DNA of 64,000 nucleotides from Felis catus (taxonomy: Eukaryota): positions 154,816,001 to 154,880,000 of the forward strand of contig NC_058368.1 of NCBI RefSeq assembly GCF_018350175.1. Reading direction: 5' to 3'. Made by a program: the position numbers and the translations under genes. The notes beneath the pieces are model-generated. The model saw only the letters and a list, made by a program, of their open reading frames with translations. It had not been told where the DNA came from and made no database searches. Shown piece after piece: positions 27,746 to 40,926 of this stretch; the stretch's first letter is position 1, and each line of letters begins with the position of its first letter.

Positions 27746-29695
27746 AATATTCCAGTGAAAAATAATGAAATTACAGGAATCATTCCAATGATGCTAAACT
27801 TTGCTTCAATTAAATTTAGTCCCTTCTACTTCCAACTCACAAGCCTTCTTTGGCGTCATCAGCCTCTGATACACTTTTCAGTGAGTTCCAAAGAATCCAT
27901 AAGGTATAAAAATTCCAGAAAAATTATTTGTTGGAGACGAAACGTAAATAGATATATGTTCAGCATCTGAATGTTACAGAAAACTTCTCCAAAATGGCCC
28001 ATATGTTCTTCTAGAAAAAGCAACAGTCCTGACAGTGAACCATGAAATATTCTGGAGGCAAATGGCAGAGTGCCAGTGTCTTAAGGGACAGCATTTTCCA
28101 CTTTAAATAACAGACAAAATAAAGCTTTAAAATGTTCTTGGTGATATATGATTCAGTAAACCCTTCAAGGCGATATAAGGAAAACCTTTTCTTCTTAAGA
28201 CTGATGTTGGAAAGAAACAGACAAAAATTAAGAATTGCTCTGCCAGGCAGCATAAAGAATCAATTGGTGACTTTCTGAAATTCAGGAAATTCAATGAATC
28301 GATAGACTGTTAGGAATCAGGCCACACACACTGAAAGTGATTCTTTTTAAATATGAGATACCAGAGATAACAGAAAGCTCTTCTGAAAGCACGGAGCATA
28401 AGCATGCATTTAAAAGAAACTAAATTGTGTACTAGCAGGAAATGAAAATAGCTTATTTTTTAATAGGCACCCGCAAATGGGGACATTTGGCAAGGGTAAA
28501 CCAATGCTTAATTGTAAGATAAGCAATTTACAGGTAAATATCAAACTGTATTTTTTCATTTCTCATTTGATTTTTGTCATTTCTAGTTCACTTACCCTGT
28601 CTCTAAAAATGGCAAAATCTCTATCATAAAATAATTTGGATTTAATTGACATTCCCCAAGGCAAGCAAGCTGGAAGTAGAATTCTTTTGAAAGCAAACAC
28701 TTTTTGATGACTGTAAGAATCAAGTATAATTGGAGAATTTTTCTTGTTCATATTACAATAGTCTACCCATCTTTATGTAGCTTAAGACACAAAAATTAAA
28801 ATGTATAAAGTGATCCTTTAAAAATTATAAATAATCAGTGGGACAGTTGGGTGCCTATAAAATTCTTTACGTTATGATGGAAGATACATTAGACTGAAAC
28901 ATTTATTTTATCCACGGTTTTATTTTAAATTATTTAAATTACCATTAAGACATGTGAAATGTACTCAACTGAAATCATCACAAATAATTTATAGTTTTAT
29001 TTTTCAAATAAGAAAAGTTACAAATAGGAAGTAAAGGAAAGCAAGGAAGCTTTATAAGATTTATAAAGGAAGCTTTATAAGCTTTCCTGAGCAAATTGAA
29101 AAAATAATTATCATAAGAAATTAATCTTAAATTTAGAGTTATTACTAGGAAGTTTTTGGTTTCTTCCCACTATTATGGGGTTCATTTGTTGACTATTAAG
29201 CCATGATCATAAAACATGGAGAAAACATACAGTTTTAAATGTGTAAGTCAGTAATATCCTAGATTATGATTGCTCCTCATGGCAGAGTTTTAATTGTGTC
29301 TAAATAATTTGGGGGAAAAGACTCTTTTAAATATTTAGGACATAAAATTTAAAACCTGGGCAAAGCAGGAAGATGATGCAGTGGGAATATCCTGAGCTCA
29401 CCTTGCCCCCTGGACACAGAGAAACAATTACATGTATATAACTAACTCTGAAAACAACCTGAAGACTGGCAGAACAGATCCTTCACAGCCAATAATAGAG
29501 AGAAGACCACACCGAAAAGGAAAGGATGTGCAGAAACACCATTGGGAACCAAACCCCAGCATGATTAACTACAAATGGGAGGGACATCACAAGCATGAAG
29601 AAGTGAGAGGATCAGACCTGACAGGGCAACACTGGCACTAGGGACCCACCTTGGGAAAACAAGTTCCCATAACATTTGGCATTGAAAATCATTTA

Positions 29696-29904
29696 GGGGC
29701 ACCTGGGTGGCTCAGTCAATTAAACCTCTGACTTCGGCTTAGGTCACGATCTCACACTTCATGGATTTGAGCCCCGCATCGAACTCGGTACTGATAGCTG
29801 AGAGCCTGGAGCCTGCTTCAGATTCTGTGTTTCCTTCTCTCTCTCTCTACCTCTCCCCACTTGTACTCTCTCTCTCAAAAATAAATACTTTTTTTAAAAA
29901 AGAA
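29696..29904 (+). mobile_element. CanSINE nested in L1 5'UTR
   Basis: ggggcacctgggtggctcagtc head; TSD gaaaatcattta / gaaagtcattta. Confidence 0.95.
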
Positions 29905-30364
29905 GAAAGTCATTTAAGAAGCAGGAAGCTAAACTCAGAGAGTCAGAGGGTGATAGGATACCAAATCCCTGCCCTTAAAGAGCCAGAATACTAAATAATG
30001 GCCTGAGACATAGCACAGAAGCAACAGTGTGGAAAGCACCTGGGGTATACCCGAAGATTTATTAACTAATCTTAGAAAATGTGCCAAAGGGGCAAGGATA
30101 TACAGGAGATTCCTCCAGGAATGAAAGTGCTGGTGGGGCACCATTTCTCTTATCTTCCCCCAGCCTAGATAGCCAGACACTTGTGGAAGCCAAGAGTTAA
30201 AAATGAAAGAATTGAAAGAGTTAAATGAAGCAAACATAAATAATATGCTTGATAAAAAGATTCAAAGTAATGGTCATAAAGATATTCACTTGATTTTAGA
30301 AAAGAATGGATGAACTCAGTAAGAACTTCAAAAAAGAGACAGAAATATAAAAAAGAACAAGTCA

Positions 30365-30494
30365 GGGGTGCCTGGGTGGCTTAGTCAGTTTAGCATCTGA
30401 CTTTTGATCTCAGTTCAGATCACGATCTCAGTGTTGTGAGTTCAGGCCCCACTTTGGGCTCTGCACTGGGCATGGAGCCTACTTAAATAAAAAA
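30365..30494 (+). mobile_element. Short, older-type CanSINE nested in L1 ORF1
   Basis: ggggtgcctgggtggcttagtc...gggctctgcactgggcatggagcctacttaaataaaaaa; lacks the (CT)n tract. Confidence 0.9.
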
Positions 30495-30920
30495 TCAGAG
30501 CTTGAGAAGTCATCTGAAATGAAAAATATACCAAAGGGAATAAACAACATATTTGAGGGGGCAGAACAGATCAGTGAGCTAGAAGACAGAAAAATAAAAA
30601 GCAAAAGCTGAGCAGCGCAAAGAAAAAAGAATTAAAAAAAAAAACCAAAAAACAAAAACAGGAATAGGTTAAGGGAACTCTGTGACATTATCAACCATAA
30701 TAACATTCACATTTTAGGGATCCTGGACATAGAAAAGAGAGACAAGGGACAGAAAGTGTATTTGAAGAAATAGTAGCTGCAAACTTCCCTAATCTTTGGA
30801 AAGGAACACACATCCAGGTCCAGGAAGTACAAACAGCCTCTAACAAGAATCCAAGGAGGTCCATATCAATAAACATAATAACGAAAATGGTAAAATGCAA
30901 TGATAAAAAGAGAATTTTAA

Positions 30921-31130
30921 TTTTTTAAATCTTTATTTATTTTTGAGAGAGAGAGAGACAGATTGTGAGCAGGGGAAGAACAGATAGAGAGGGAAACACA
31001 GAATCCAAAGTAAGTTCCAGGCTCTAGGCTGTCAGCACAGAGCCCGACACAGGGCTTGAACTCACAAACCACGAGATCATGACCTGAGCCGAAGTCAGAT
31101 ACTTAACCAACTGAGCCACCCAGAGGCCCC
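30921..31130 (-). mobile_element. CanSINE nested in L1 ORF1
   Basis: Perfect 19-bp TSD gataaaaagagaattttaa at 30902 and 31131. Confidence 0.96.
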
Positions 31131-31395
31131 GATAAAAAGAGAATTTTAAAAGCAGCAAGGGAAAATAAAATAGTTACATACAAGGGAAACCCCTGAGGCT
31201 ATCAGTGGATTTTTCAGCAGAAACTTCGCAGGCCAGAAGGGAGTGGCATGACATGTTCAAAACATTAAATAGAAAAAACTTACAACAAAGAATACTTTAC
31301 CTGACAAAGTTATTATTCAGAATTGAAGCAAATATAAAATTTCCCTGACAGACAAAAGTTAAAAGAATTCATCATCATGAAACCAAACTTACAAA

Positions 31396-31396
<1 letters not shown>

Positions 31397-31436
<40 letters not shown>

Positions 31437-31532
31437 CAGAAAGAAAGAAAAGAAAGAAAGAAAGAAAGAAAGAAAAGAAAAGAAAAGAAAAGAAAAGAAA
31501 AGAAAAGAAAAGAAAAGAAAAGAAAAGAAAAA
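31397..31532. repeat. Compound (AC)n-(GAAA)n-(GAAAA)n microsatellite at the L1 internal deletion
   Basis: Seen directly; joins the ORF1 end to the ORF2 RT region. Confidence 0.95.
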
Positions 31533-32423
31533 CAAAACTACAGGCCAATAATCCTTGATGAAGATAGATGCAAAAATCAGCAAAAATCATCAACAAAATA
31601 CTAGTAAACCACATTCAACAATACATTAAAAGCATTAAAAGGATCACTTACTACAATCAACAGGGATTGATTGCAAGGATGCAAGGCTAGTTGCCTCTGG
31701 CAAATCAATCGATCTGATGCATCACATTAACAAGAGAAAGAATAAAAATCATATGATCATCTCAACATATGCACAAAAAGTATTTGACAAAACATAACAT
31801 CCATTCATGATAAAAACTCTCAACAAAGTAAGTGGGAACATACCTCAACATAATAAGGGTTATATATGAAATACCACAGTTAATATCATACACAATGGTG
31901 AAAGACTAAAAGCTTTTCCTCTAAGGTCAGGAAAAATGATAAGGATTTTTTTTTTCACTACAGTATTAAAAGTCCTAGCTGCAGTAATCATCAAGAAAAA
32001 GAAACAAAGTCATCAAAATTAGTAAGGAAGTAGGAAAACTGTCACTATTTGCAGATGACCTGACACTATATACAGAAAACCCAAAAGACTCCACCAAAAA
32101 CTACTAGAACTAATAAATAAATTCAGTTAAGTTGCAGAATACAAAATTAATATTCAGAAATTTGTTGTATTTCGTGTACTTACTGAAATAGCAGAAAGAA
32201 AAATTAAGAAAATCCCATTGACAGTTGTACCAAAAAGAATAAAATACCTAGGAATAAATTTAACCAAGGAGGTGAAAAACCTATACTCTAAAAGTATAAC
32301 ACACTGATGAAAGAAATGAAGATGACACAGCAAACCCTGGAAAGATATACTTAGGTCATGTCATTGGAAGAAATAATATTATTAAAATGCCCATACTCCC
32401 CAAATCTGTAGCCCCTTGCTCCT

Positions 32424-32833
32424 GAGAAGAGCAAGGCCAATCACTTCCTGATCCTCTTCCGCGATTCGAGCTGCCAGTTCCGGGCCCTCTACACACTGTC
32501 CGGGGAGACAGAGGAGCTGACGAGGCTGGCCAGCTATGGCCCCGCACAGTCACGCCTGCCGTGGTCAAGGGCATCTACAAGTACAACTCGGACCGCAAGC
32601 GCTTTACCCAGATCCCTGCCAAAACCATGTCCATGAGTGTAGATGCCTTCACCATCCAGGGCCACCTCTGGCAGAGCAAGAAGCCCACCACCACCAAGAA
32701 GGGCAGCAGCACCCCGAAGTAGCCTCGTCCCGGTGGTTCCCAGGGCAGAGGACAGCCTGCAGAACAATCAGTTGGCATTCCTGGGTCTCGTCTGTCCCCA
32801 ACCTTGTCTGGGTAGGGCTGGAGTCCCTACCCC
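32424..32833 (+). pseudogene. CAMSAP3: CAMSAP3 3' fragment (CKK domain C-terminus plus probable start of 3'UTR), frameshifted, inserted in L1 ORF2
   Basis: From 32424: EKSKANHFLILFRDSSCQFRALYTLSGETEELTRLASYG; 1-bp deletion at ~32541-32543; then [59 protein letters not shown] (TAG 32720-32722). Matches the CAMSAP3 C-terminus as I recall it. GC/CpG-rich against an AT-rich background. Confidence 0.92.
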
Positions 32834-34039
32834 CTACAGATTCAATGCAGTCTACAGATTCAATGCAATCCCTATCAAAATACCAATAGCATTTTTCACA
32901 CAATTGGAACACATAATACTAAAATTTGTATGGAACCACCAGACCCCAAATAGTCAAAGCAATCTTGAGAAAAAATAGCAAAGCTGGAAGCATCACAATC
33001 CCAAATTTCAAAATATACTAGAAAGCTATAGCAAACAAACAAACAAACACAACAACGGTATGGTACTGGACCAAAAAAGACACATGTAGATAAATGAAAC
33101 AAGATGGAGAGCCAAGAAATCAACCCATGCCTACATGGTCAATTAATCCATGAAAAAGAGGCAAAAATATACAATAAGGAAAAGACAGTCTTTTCAATAA
33201 ATGGTGCTGGGAAAATTGGACAGCTATAGGCAAAAGAATGAAACTGGACCACTTTCTTACACCATACACATAAACAAACGCAAAATGGATTAAAGACCTC
33301 AATATGAGACCTGAAACTGTAAAACTCCTAAAAGAGAAAATAGGAACCTCTTGGACATTAGCCTTAGCAACATATTTATAGATATGTCTCTTCAAGCAAG
33401 GGAAATAAAAATAAAAATGAACTACTGAGACTGTAACAAAATAAAAGCTTATACACAACAAGGGGATCCATCAACAAAACAAAAAGGCAACCTAGTGAGT
33501 GGAAGAGGATATTTGTGAATGATATATCTGATAAGGGATTAATATCCAAAATATATAAAGAACTTACACAACTCAACACCAAAAAATAAACAATCTGATT
33601 GAAAAATGGGCAGAAGACATGAATAGACATTTTTCCAAAGAAAACATACAGATAGCCAACAGAAACATGAAAAGATGCTCAGCATCACTCATCATCAGGC
33701 AAATGTAAATCAAAACCACAGTAAGATACCACCTCACACCAGTCAGAATGGCTAATATCAAACAGGCAAGAAATAATGAGTGTTGATGAGGAGATGGAGA
33801 AAAGGAAACTCTTGCTTACTGTTGGTGAGAATGTAAATTGGAGCAATCACAGTGGAAAACACTATGGAAGTTCCTCAAGAAACTAAAAACAGAAATACCG
33901 TATGATCCAGTAATTCCATTCCTGGTTATTTACCCGAAGAATATAAAAACAGTAATTTGAGAAGATATATGCACTCCTATATTTATTGCAGCATTATTTA
34001 TAATAGCGAAGATAAGAAAGTAACCTAAATGTCCATCCA

Positions 34040-34096
34040 TAGATGAATGAATAAAGAAGATACATATATATATGTACATGTGTATACATATACGTA
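34040..34096. repeat. (TA/TG/CA) microsatellite within the L1 3' region
   Basis: Seen directly. Confidence 0.85.
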
Positions 34097-35559
34097 TGTA
34101 TATATGCATATACACACCATGAAATATTACTCAGCCACAAAAAGAATGAAATCTTGCCATTTGCAACAACATCATGGACCTAGAGGGTATTGTGCTAAGT
34201 GAAGTAAGTAAGACAGAGAAAGACCAATATCGTATGATTTCACTTATATGTGAAATCTTAAAAAACAATCAAAAAACATACTCTTAAATACAGAGAAGAA
34301 ACTGGTGGTTGCCAGAGAGGAGGTGGAGAGGGGTGGACAGAATAGATGAAAGGGGATTAAGAGGTACAAACTTCCAGTTATAAATCAAGTAAGTCAGGGA
34401 GACAAAAAGTACAACATAGAGAATATAGTCAAAAACATTCTAACATACTGTTTGATAGCAGACTGCGACTACTCTTACAATGGTGAGCACTAAGTAATGT
34501 ATTCACTGTCAAATCAGTCTGTTGTGCACCTAAAACTAATATAACATTGTATGTCAATTATATTTCCATAATAAAAAATTAAAACCTAACGTTTGTAAGA
34601 AATAAAGCATTAATTAAAGCAATAAATGTGATAGTCAAAGAAAAGTTGCACTTTCTACGGTAAATTCTGTCACAGGAACAAGATCGATGTGTATACTCCA
34701 CAAATGTGAACAATTTAAAAATATATCTAAATATATAGCAGGGAGCACCCAGTGAGTGACCAACGACTATTCTGAATTTCTGAAATATGTCTTCTACCTT
34801 GTGGTTATATGGATATGTTTGCAGGTTACCCTATGTTGGCAACAGTAGCTCCTCCCCTAAGGACAACTTTGATTAGCCAAAGAACAATAGTATAGGTATT
34901 CAAGGTTTGAAATGACTCCCTTGAAGTTTAAGTCTCTTTCTAAATTTTTTAAAACTCTATTCATATGCTCTCTTATATTAAACATATAATATAAACAATA
35001 TCATTATTCCTTGATGTTTCGTGGCCCAACAGTCCAGAGCACCGTTAACAACATTTATCACTGACTATGCTACAGATGTAGTTGTGCAATATATACTACT
35101 GAATTAAAATCATGCTGAGAATTTGAGGTATATGGCATCTATTTTCCTATTTCTTTTTTTACTCATAAACTGGGAAAAATTATACCAAATATGCTTACTG
35201 GAATGCTTTAGTTCACCCAAATTTTTCTTTGCAGGATGTGGATTTTATGGGATCCTAAATATGAAATAAACAATGGAGACTGAACCAGAACAGGCCTCAC
35301 TAACTTCCCCATAAATTTGAGTTGTTTAACAGGGCTGACTTTGTATTCATTGTAAATGGTATGGTAAAACACTGACTTTTGCGTGTTTGTTGTTTTTTAA
35401 AAGAAGACTATTAGTATGGGTGTTCATCTGGCAGAAAATGCCATTCTAAGCCAAGAGTCAGTTAGTATAAGAAACAAAAGTGCAGTGTTAGGAAAACAGT
35501 GACTCTCTTCTGAGGAAACTAAGAACGACGAAGTTGAGAACTTCTTCAAAACTATTCTT

Positions 35560-35777
35560 GGGGCACCTGGGCGCAGTTAGACATCTGACTCTTGATTTAG
35601 GCTCAGGTCCTGATCTCACAGTTTGTGAGTTTGAGCTCTGCATAGGGCTCTGCACTGTCAGTGCTGTCCTGCTTCAGACTCTCTCTCTCTCCCTCTCTCT
35701 GCCCCTACCTCACTTGCTCTCTCCCTCCCTCTCTCTCTCTCTCTCTCTCAAAATAAATCAAAAACTTAAGAAAAAAA
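35560..35777 (+). mobile_element. CanSINE
   Basis: ggggcacctggg head, (CT)n, A-tail; degenerate TSD aaaactattctt / aacactattttt. Confidence 0.92.
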
Positions 35778-37138
35778 CACTATTTTTGACAAAGTCTATG
35801 TTTTCCTTTGATATGTTTATCCAAGTCCATTCCTAGTTGTGAGGTGCTCTGGACAAATACTTTTGTAGGGTCTCTGTCTATATAAACAATTAGATTTAAA
35901 AAGTGTTACCAAATGTATGGGTCTGTATGAGGTAGAAATAAAGACTTAGAATAATGTATAAAGAAGAAGTAGTTACACATTTGTTGTCCAATCAATAGAT
36001 ATGAAGATTCATCTTAGTTTCCAGGTATCATTTCTTCCTATGCACGTTAAGGAACGATCTCTTCATGTTATTTATCATCTAATAGGTCATTTTTTAAATA
36101 ATTTCATGCCTCACACTACATGAAAAAAGTAGTAATGCTATTATTATACATAAAGTCATAGCTCTTCAGAATGTACTTGTATCGAAACAAGATAGATCTT
36201 TCTGCTACTGAAGTTCCCTCGCTGCATTTATTTGGTTATATCATCACTCATGACACTGCATCACCTAATGGCTTCACTGTGCTATCAAAGGTTTTAGCTG
36301 CACTTCATTAACGATGACCACACATAAATGCAAGTCTTATCCCTCGTATGCAGCAAAGCATGAGTTATCATTCATCTATCATTTTAATCTTACCAGACAG
36401 AATTTTATACTTTAAACATAGGATAACACATCTTCTAAATATGTCTTCCTTCAAAATCTCTAACCAAAATCATTGCATTTGTAGAATGTAATACCTTCCA
36501 GTGTTGCCCTCCACATGCTGCCACCAGTGGGGAGAATTGGTAAGAGTCCCATGAGCTGAGCAAGAATGGTCCTATTCATCTAAGAAGTGTCCACCCCGTT
36601 CCAACAAGGCTTACAGCTAACCCAGGAAAGTATGTCACCGCATCAATCACAGGCAAGAGTGAACTTTGATCAGAAGGGCTGTTTGGCAGTGAGAAACAAT
36701 GTTCTGGGAAACTCTCCAAGGAGACAGGCACAGCCAGTCCCCGAGATGTGCCTGACACCCAGTACAGAGCCTGAGGCAAAAAGAGTAGGGTAACTTTCCT
36801 AGACTACAACAAAGTAAAGGGTGCTTGCTGCCACCCAGACACCATCTGGTGCTGCAGATCAGAGGAGACACCTGTTCTAAACATGGACCGGTGAGAACTG
36901 ACTCTGTGGCTCACATATACAGCTCAAATCTAAGGGTCACAGCTGGACTATCAGGAGCCTAGAGCCCTGAACTCATCCTGTGTCCAAAGTGAGTAAGATT
37001 CACCCCAAATCTATAGGTCAGCACTGTTCTGTTGTTCAATCTCATGTGATCCCATGAAAGAAATACTGTGATCTGAACTCAGGGTACCTGGCCTGAATGA
37101 CACTCCTGGATCCTGTAGGTCCTAGCCTCTATTCCACC

Positions 37139-37342
37139 TTTTTTTTTTAATGTTTATTTATTTTTAAGACGGAGAGAGAGAGAGATTTCGAGCAGGGGAG
37201 GGACAGAGAGGGGGGCGGATAGAGGATCCAAAGTGGCACTGCACTGACAATGAACCCAATGGGGAACTCAAATTCATGAACCGTGAGATCATGACCTGAG
37301 CCAAAGTTGGCTGCTTGACCAACTGAGCCACCCAGGCGCCCC
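37139..37342 (-). mobile_element. CanSINE
   Basis: T-tail...gtgagatcatgacctgagcc...ctgagccacccaggcgcccc. Confidence 0.93.
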
Positions 37343-38154
37343 TCTAGAGATGATCTTTAAAATTTGGTAAAAGGCATTTTAAAGTGCAGAGCAACCAAAG
37401 ACACAGGTTAGAAAAGCAGGGGCTCATACTTGCTGGTACTATATTTTCCTCCAGTTTTTAAAAAAGCCCTTAGATACAAGCTGGGTCTTCCTATAGCATA
37501 TCCCTTTTTTATCTTACTAATCATTGTATTTTCAAACATATTGCCAGAGAGTAGGCTACCCGATAACATTAGAATAGCCTTCCCGGAAACAGTCATGTCT
37601 TATATTTCTGCTCTGCTCTGTAAAGCCTGGCCCAGGGCTAGTCACATAAAAGTCCACAAATACTTCTTGGTACATAACAGCTATTTACCAAATACAACAA
37701 ATACAGTTAACAGGAAAACTGTAGAACTGCTAAACGAGAAGTCAAGAGTCACTGATACTATAAAGGTAATTGTTACTGGAAAATAAATTCATAGTCAGAG
37801 CAGTCATTCTTCATCATAGAGATTTCAGCCTAAAGAAAATAGTGCCATACACCAATTCTCTGGCTGAAATGAAAGGGCTGGGCTGATATTACATTTCCTA
37901 AAATTATTCACCAAATGAAGTCCTCTATTATTTCTCTTCCCTTTCTCTATTTTCATTATTGAGAGCATGCACATCTTCTTCTTCCTTTTTTACTACAACA
38001 GGTACAATACTTCCTTTTATGTTCAATTTAATACTGACCTTTCTCTATGACTAACCCTACTCCACAGTGACCTTTTAGAATTGAAGTATCACTTTTTATG
38101 TATGGTCTATACCACATTGATTCACACCGATATGTCTAGGAATATGCAAGAGCA

Positions 38155-38312
38155 TTGTGGGTATGTATGTATTTTGCATATTATTTAGATACATGCATAT
38201 GTATATATATATGTGTGTATATATATGTATATATATATGTATATATATGTATATATACGTATACACATATATATACGTATATATATATATACATATATAT
38301 ATATATGCATGT
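38155..38312. repeat. (TA)n/(TATG)n microsatellite
   Basis: Seen directly. Confidence 0.9.
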
Positions 38313-40339
38313 GCCATCCCAAGAAAATTATATGCTTTATGCTAATGAGCACATTGCTTATACAGCATGAAGCACTTTCCCAGAAAGAGTAGGAGCTGAG
38401 AAAAGTCTACATTTGATTGAAATTTGATTCCACCGTTCTACATCTGGCCTTTGAAATCTTTTGAGAACTTTGCTGCTTATTAAAATACACATGAGATTTA
38501 AGAGTGATAGGAATCAATAATTATCAATATCACATTTAAGCAAATCTGTGGTAATAAATGGAGTGAGAAATTGAACTAGTGTAGATTTTCCAGGTGATAT
38601 AGGTACAGGTCCCAGGTGATACATTTTCTTCCCAATAATTCTTCCCCAGCACAAACCAAAATTATCACCAATCATCACCCACTACCTATCACTACTATAA
38701 CCAGCACAACCAAAGATGCTCGATTATTAAGTCTTTGGGCACTGAGGCCACATATTAATCATATCTCCATCCTTGAGCAAAGAGCACATAGTAGTGCTCA
38801 AGAAATATCAGTTGGGGAATAAATGAAAATCTATATTGTTTTGCCTTCTTAAACTGATCCGGCTGTATCTGAGTCAGCACATCAGAGCTAGCATTATAAT
38901 TTCCATTTTTCCAGAAATTTTATCAGAAGTTGTGGGGTCATAATAATTACCTTGCCAAAACTGTGAACATTACACAGGAAATCTCTTCCATGGTTCCAAG
39001 GCTACACAGCTCACTTTACTCATTCTTCTCAAGGGAAATTTAGCAAGAGGATATAGGTGGCTTTTCTTTTCAATCATTGCTGTGGAAAAGATAAAACAAT
39101 GCAATCATGAGTCACCTTCATTTATGAAAATATTACATCAAGCCCAACTGGAACAAATGACCTTATTACTTAGAAAAAGAAGAGATGACTGTGACACACT
39201 AGAAAATGTGTGGGTCAAAATTAAAAAAAAAAAGGGAACATGCAAAATTTATAGTTTGTGGTAAAATATTAAGTCATTACAAAAATGCTCAGCATTAGCA
39301 ACAGTAAGTGGTTAGAAAATGGCCATAAGGTAGTTCAGAGAGTAAGACACTGTCATATGCTTCTTAAAATTTAGAACATCTTCTGAAATGTGGTAGCGTA
39401 TATCTTACTTTGTGTTTAAGCTATATAAACATGTGGAATATAGAATGCTATAGCTTGTGAGGCACGTTCTGATTATACAAAAATAAAGAGCCACTGAAAT
39501 GAAAGGATACTTTTCATCCCTATTTCCAGTTCAAAACAAGAAGGTAACCTTCCATACCATCAGGTGGATTCTGGAAGATAATTATTTTGCATGCTCAGTT
39601 CAGGTTCTTAATTCCAACGCAGCAGGTTACTACAGGTTTTAGAGGAGAAAGGAGCCAAGATACATAAACTTTATTGTTATTGTTGCCCATTTGACAAGAT
39701 ACTGTCCCAAATGAATGGACATTGGCCATTCAGATGGAAAACAAAAGCCTGTTTATCAGCTGGTTAATTGCTCTCAGATATGAAATAAGATTCCCAGCAG
39801 TAAAGCTCCCTCACACTTCCATTCCTCACCTGAATTATAAGCTATCTGTGAACAGAACTGTTTCCAGCAACCAAGTGTTTATCAGGATGAAGCACATCTG
39901 CCACAGATGACTGCTGACCTTTCAACTTTGGTCAGCACTTTGGCAGCCGGCATAGTCATAGGAAAGGGGGATGGATGCAAGTTTCCTGGCATTCTCATTT
40001 TCATCGTCCCTTGTGTGGCTGAACTCTGAAATGAGAAGGTAACTAAGTAAAGCCAGCACACTGCAAATATCCCTTTCGCAAGATGAGTCTGGTGAATGCA
40101 CTTACTTCCCATCACATTTTCTAGATTGGGGAGGACAGGGGTTTTTTGCAGTTAACTCATCTTATTAGTTTCTTTTATAACTTACTGTATTAGCTTATCA
40201 CTGGGAAAGATTATTCATTGTATAATTCTTCAAAAGAATGGTTACTAATACTAATACAAAACTTGACTGCTAGATCATCCAAAAATCACCACAGAGGCTC
40301 ACCATACCAATGGAAAGAGATTTAAATATAGGGCTTTGT

Positions 40340-40545
40340 GGGGTGCCTGGGTGGCTCAGTTGGTTGAGCATCTGACTTCGGCTCAGGTCATGATCTCACG
40401 GTTCGTGGGTTCGAGCCCCCCATCGGGTTCTGTGCTGACAGCCTGTTTCCGATTCTGTGTCTCCCTCTCTCTCTGCCCCTCCCCCACTCACACTCTGTCT
40501 CTCTCTCTCTCCTTAAAAAATAAATAAACATTAAAAAAATAATAA

Positions 40546-40573
<28 letters not shown>
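40340..40573 (+). mobile_element. CanSINE (SINEC_Fc-type) with (AAAT)n tail
   Basis: Perfect 17-bp TSD taaatatagggctttgt at 40323 and 40574; small internal deletion after tgctgacagc. Confidence 0.96.
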
Positions 40574-40576
<3 letters not shown>

Positions 40577-40926
40577 ATATAGGGCTTTGTCTTTCCTCTG
40601 TGGAATTTTTGGACAAGCTGGGTAATCAGTAAAGGGTAATTTTAAAAAGGTAAATGTAGGAACTCTTGCACTAGCGGAGAAGCCTTAACTCTGATAATAA
40701 ACCACTACTAAAAATAATACCAATAACAACTAACTAAATACCTTTAATAGATCCTACACTGATAACATTCTTATATCAATTTTCTGTTAACCTGTGGGTT
40801 TTCCCACTTTTGCATAACCTCAGTGCACATGGAACACAGGTCTTACAAGGTAGCCTTCTGGATGGGTCTGCTTACCTGGCTCTGACTTGTTTCAGCTACA
40901 GAATAATGACTGCATTCATGCGTACA

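Larger units (their letters stand above)
29358..34573 (+). mobile_element. L1 LINE (L1MA9/L1_Carn-like), both ends present, internally deleted and disrupted
   Basis: 5'UTR (ggaagatgatgcagtgggaatatcctgagctcacc); ORF1 remnants; ORF2 NYRPI at ~31537 and FADD (tttgcagatgac, 32048-32059); ORF2 C-terminal part and 3'UTR; TSD aaaatttaaaacct (29344) / aaaaattaaaacct (34574). Confidence 0.92.

Noticed and set aside
32356..32978. Six overlapping ORFs on both strands
   Set aside because: Shadow frames of the GC-rich CAMSAP3 insert and L1; the real frame is broken by a 1-bp deletion and has no upstream start.
32896..34115. Hydrophobic minus-strand ORFs
   Set aside because: Antisense translations of L1 ORF2.
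36480..37110. GC-richer segment, possibly an old LTR
   Set aside because: Could not assign a family or termini with confidence; the same applies to ~10180-10800 and ~61285-61860.
38096..38370. Y/I-rich ORFs
   Set aside because: Translations of a (TA)n microsatellite.
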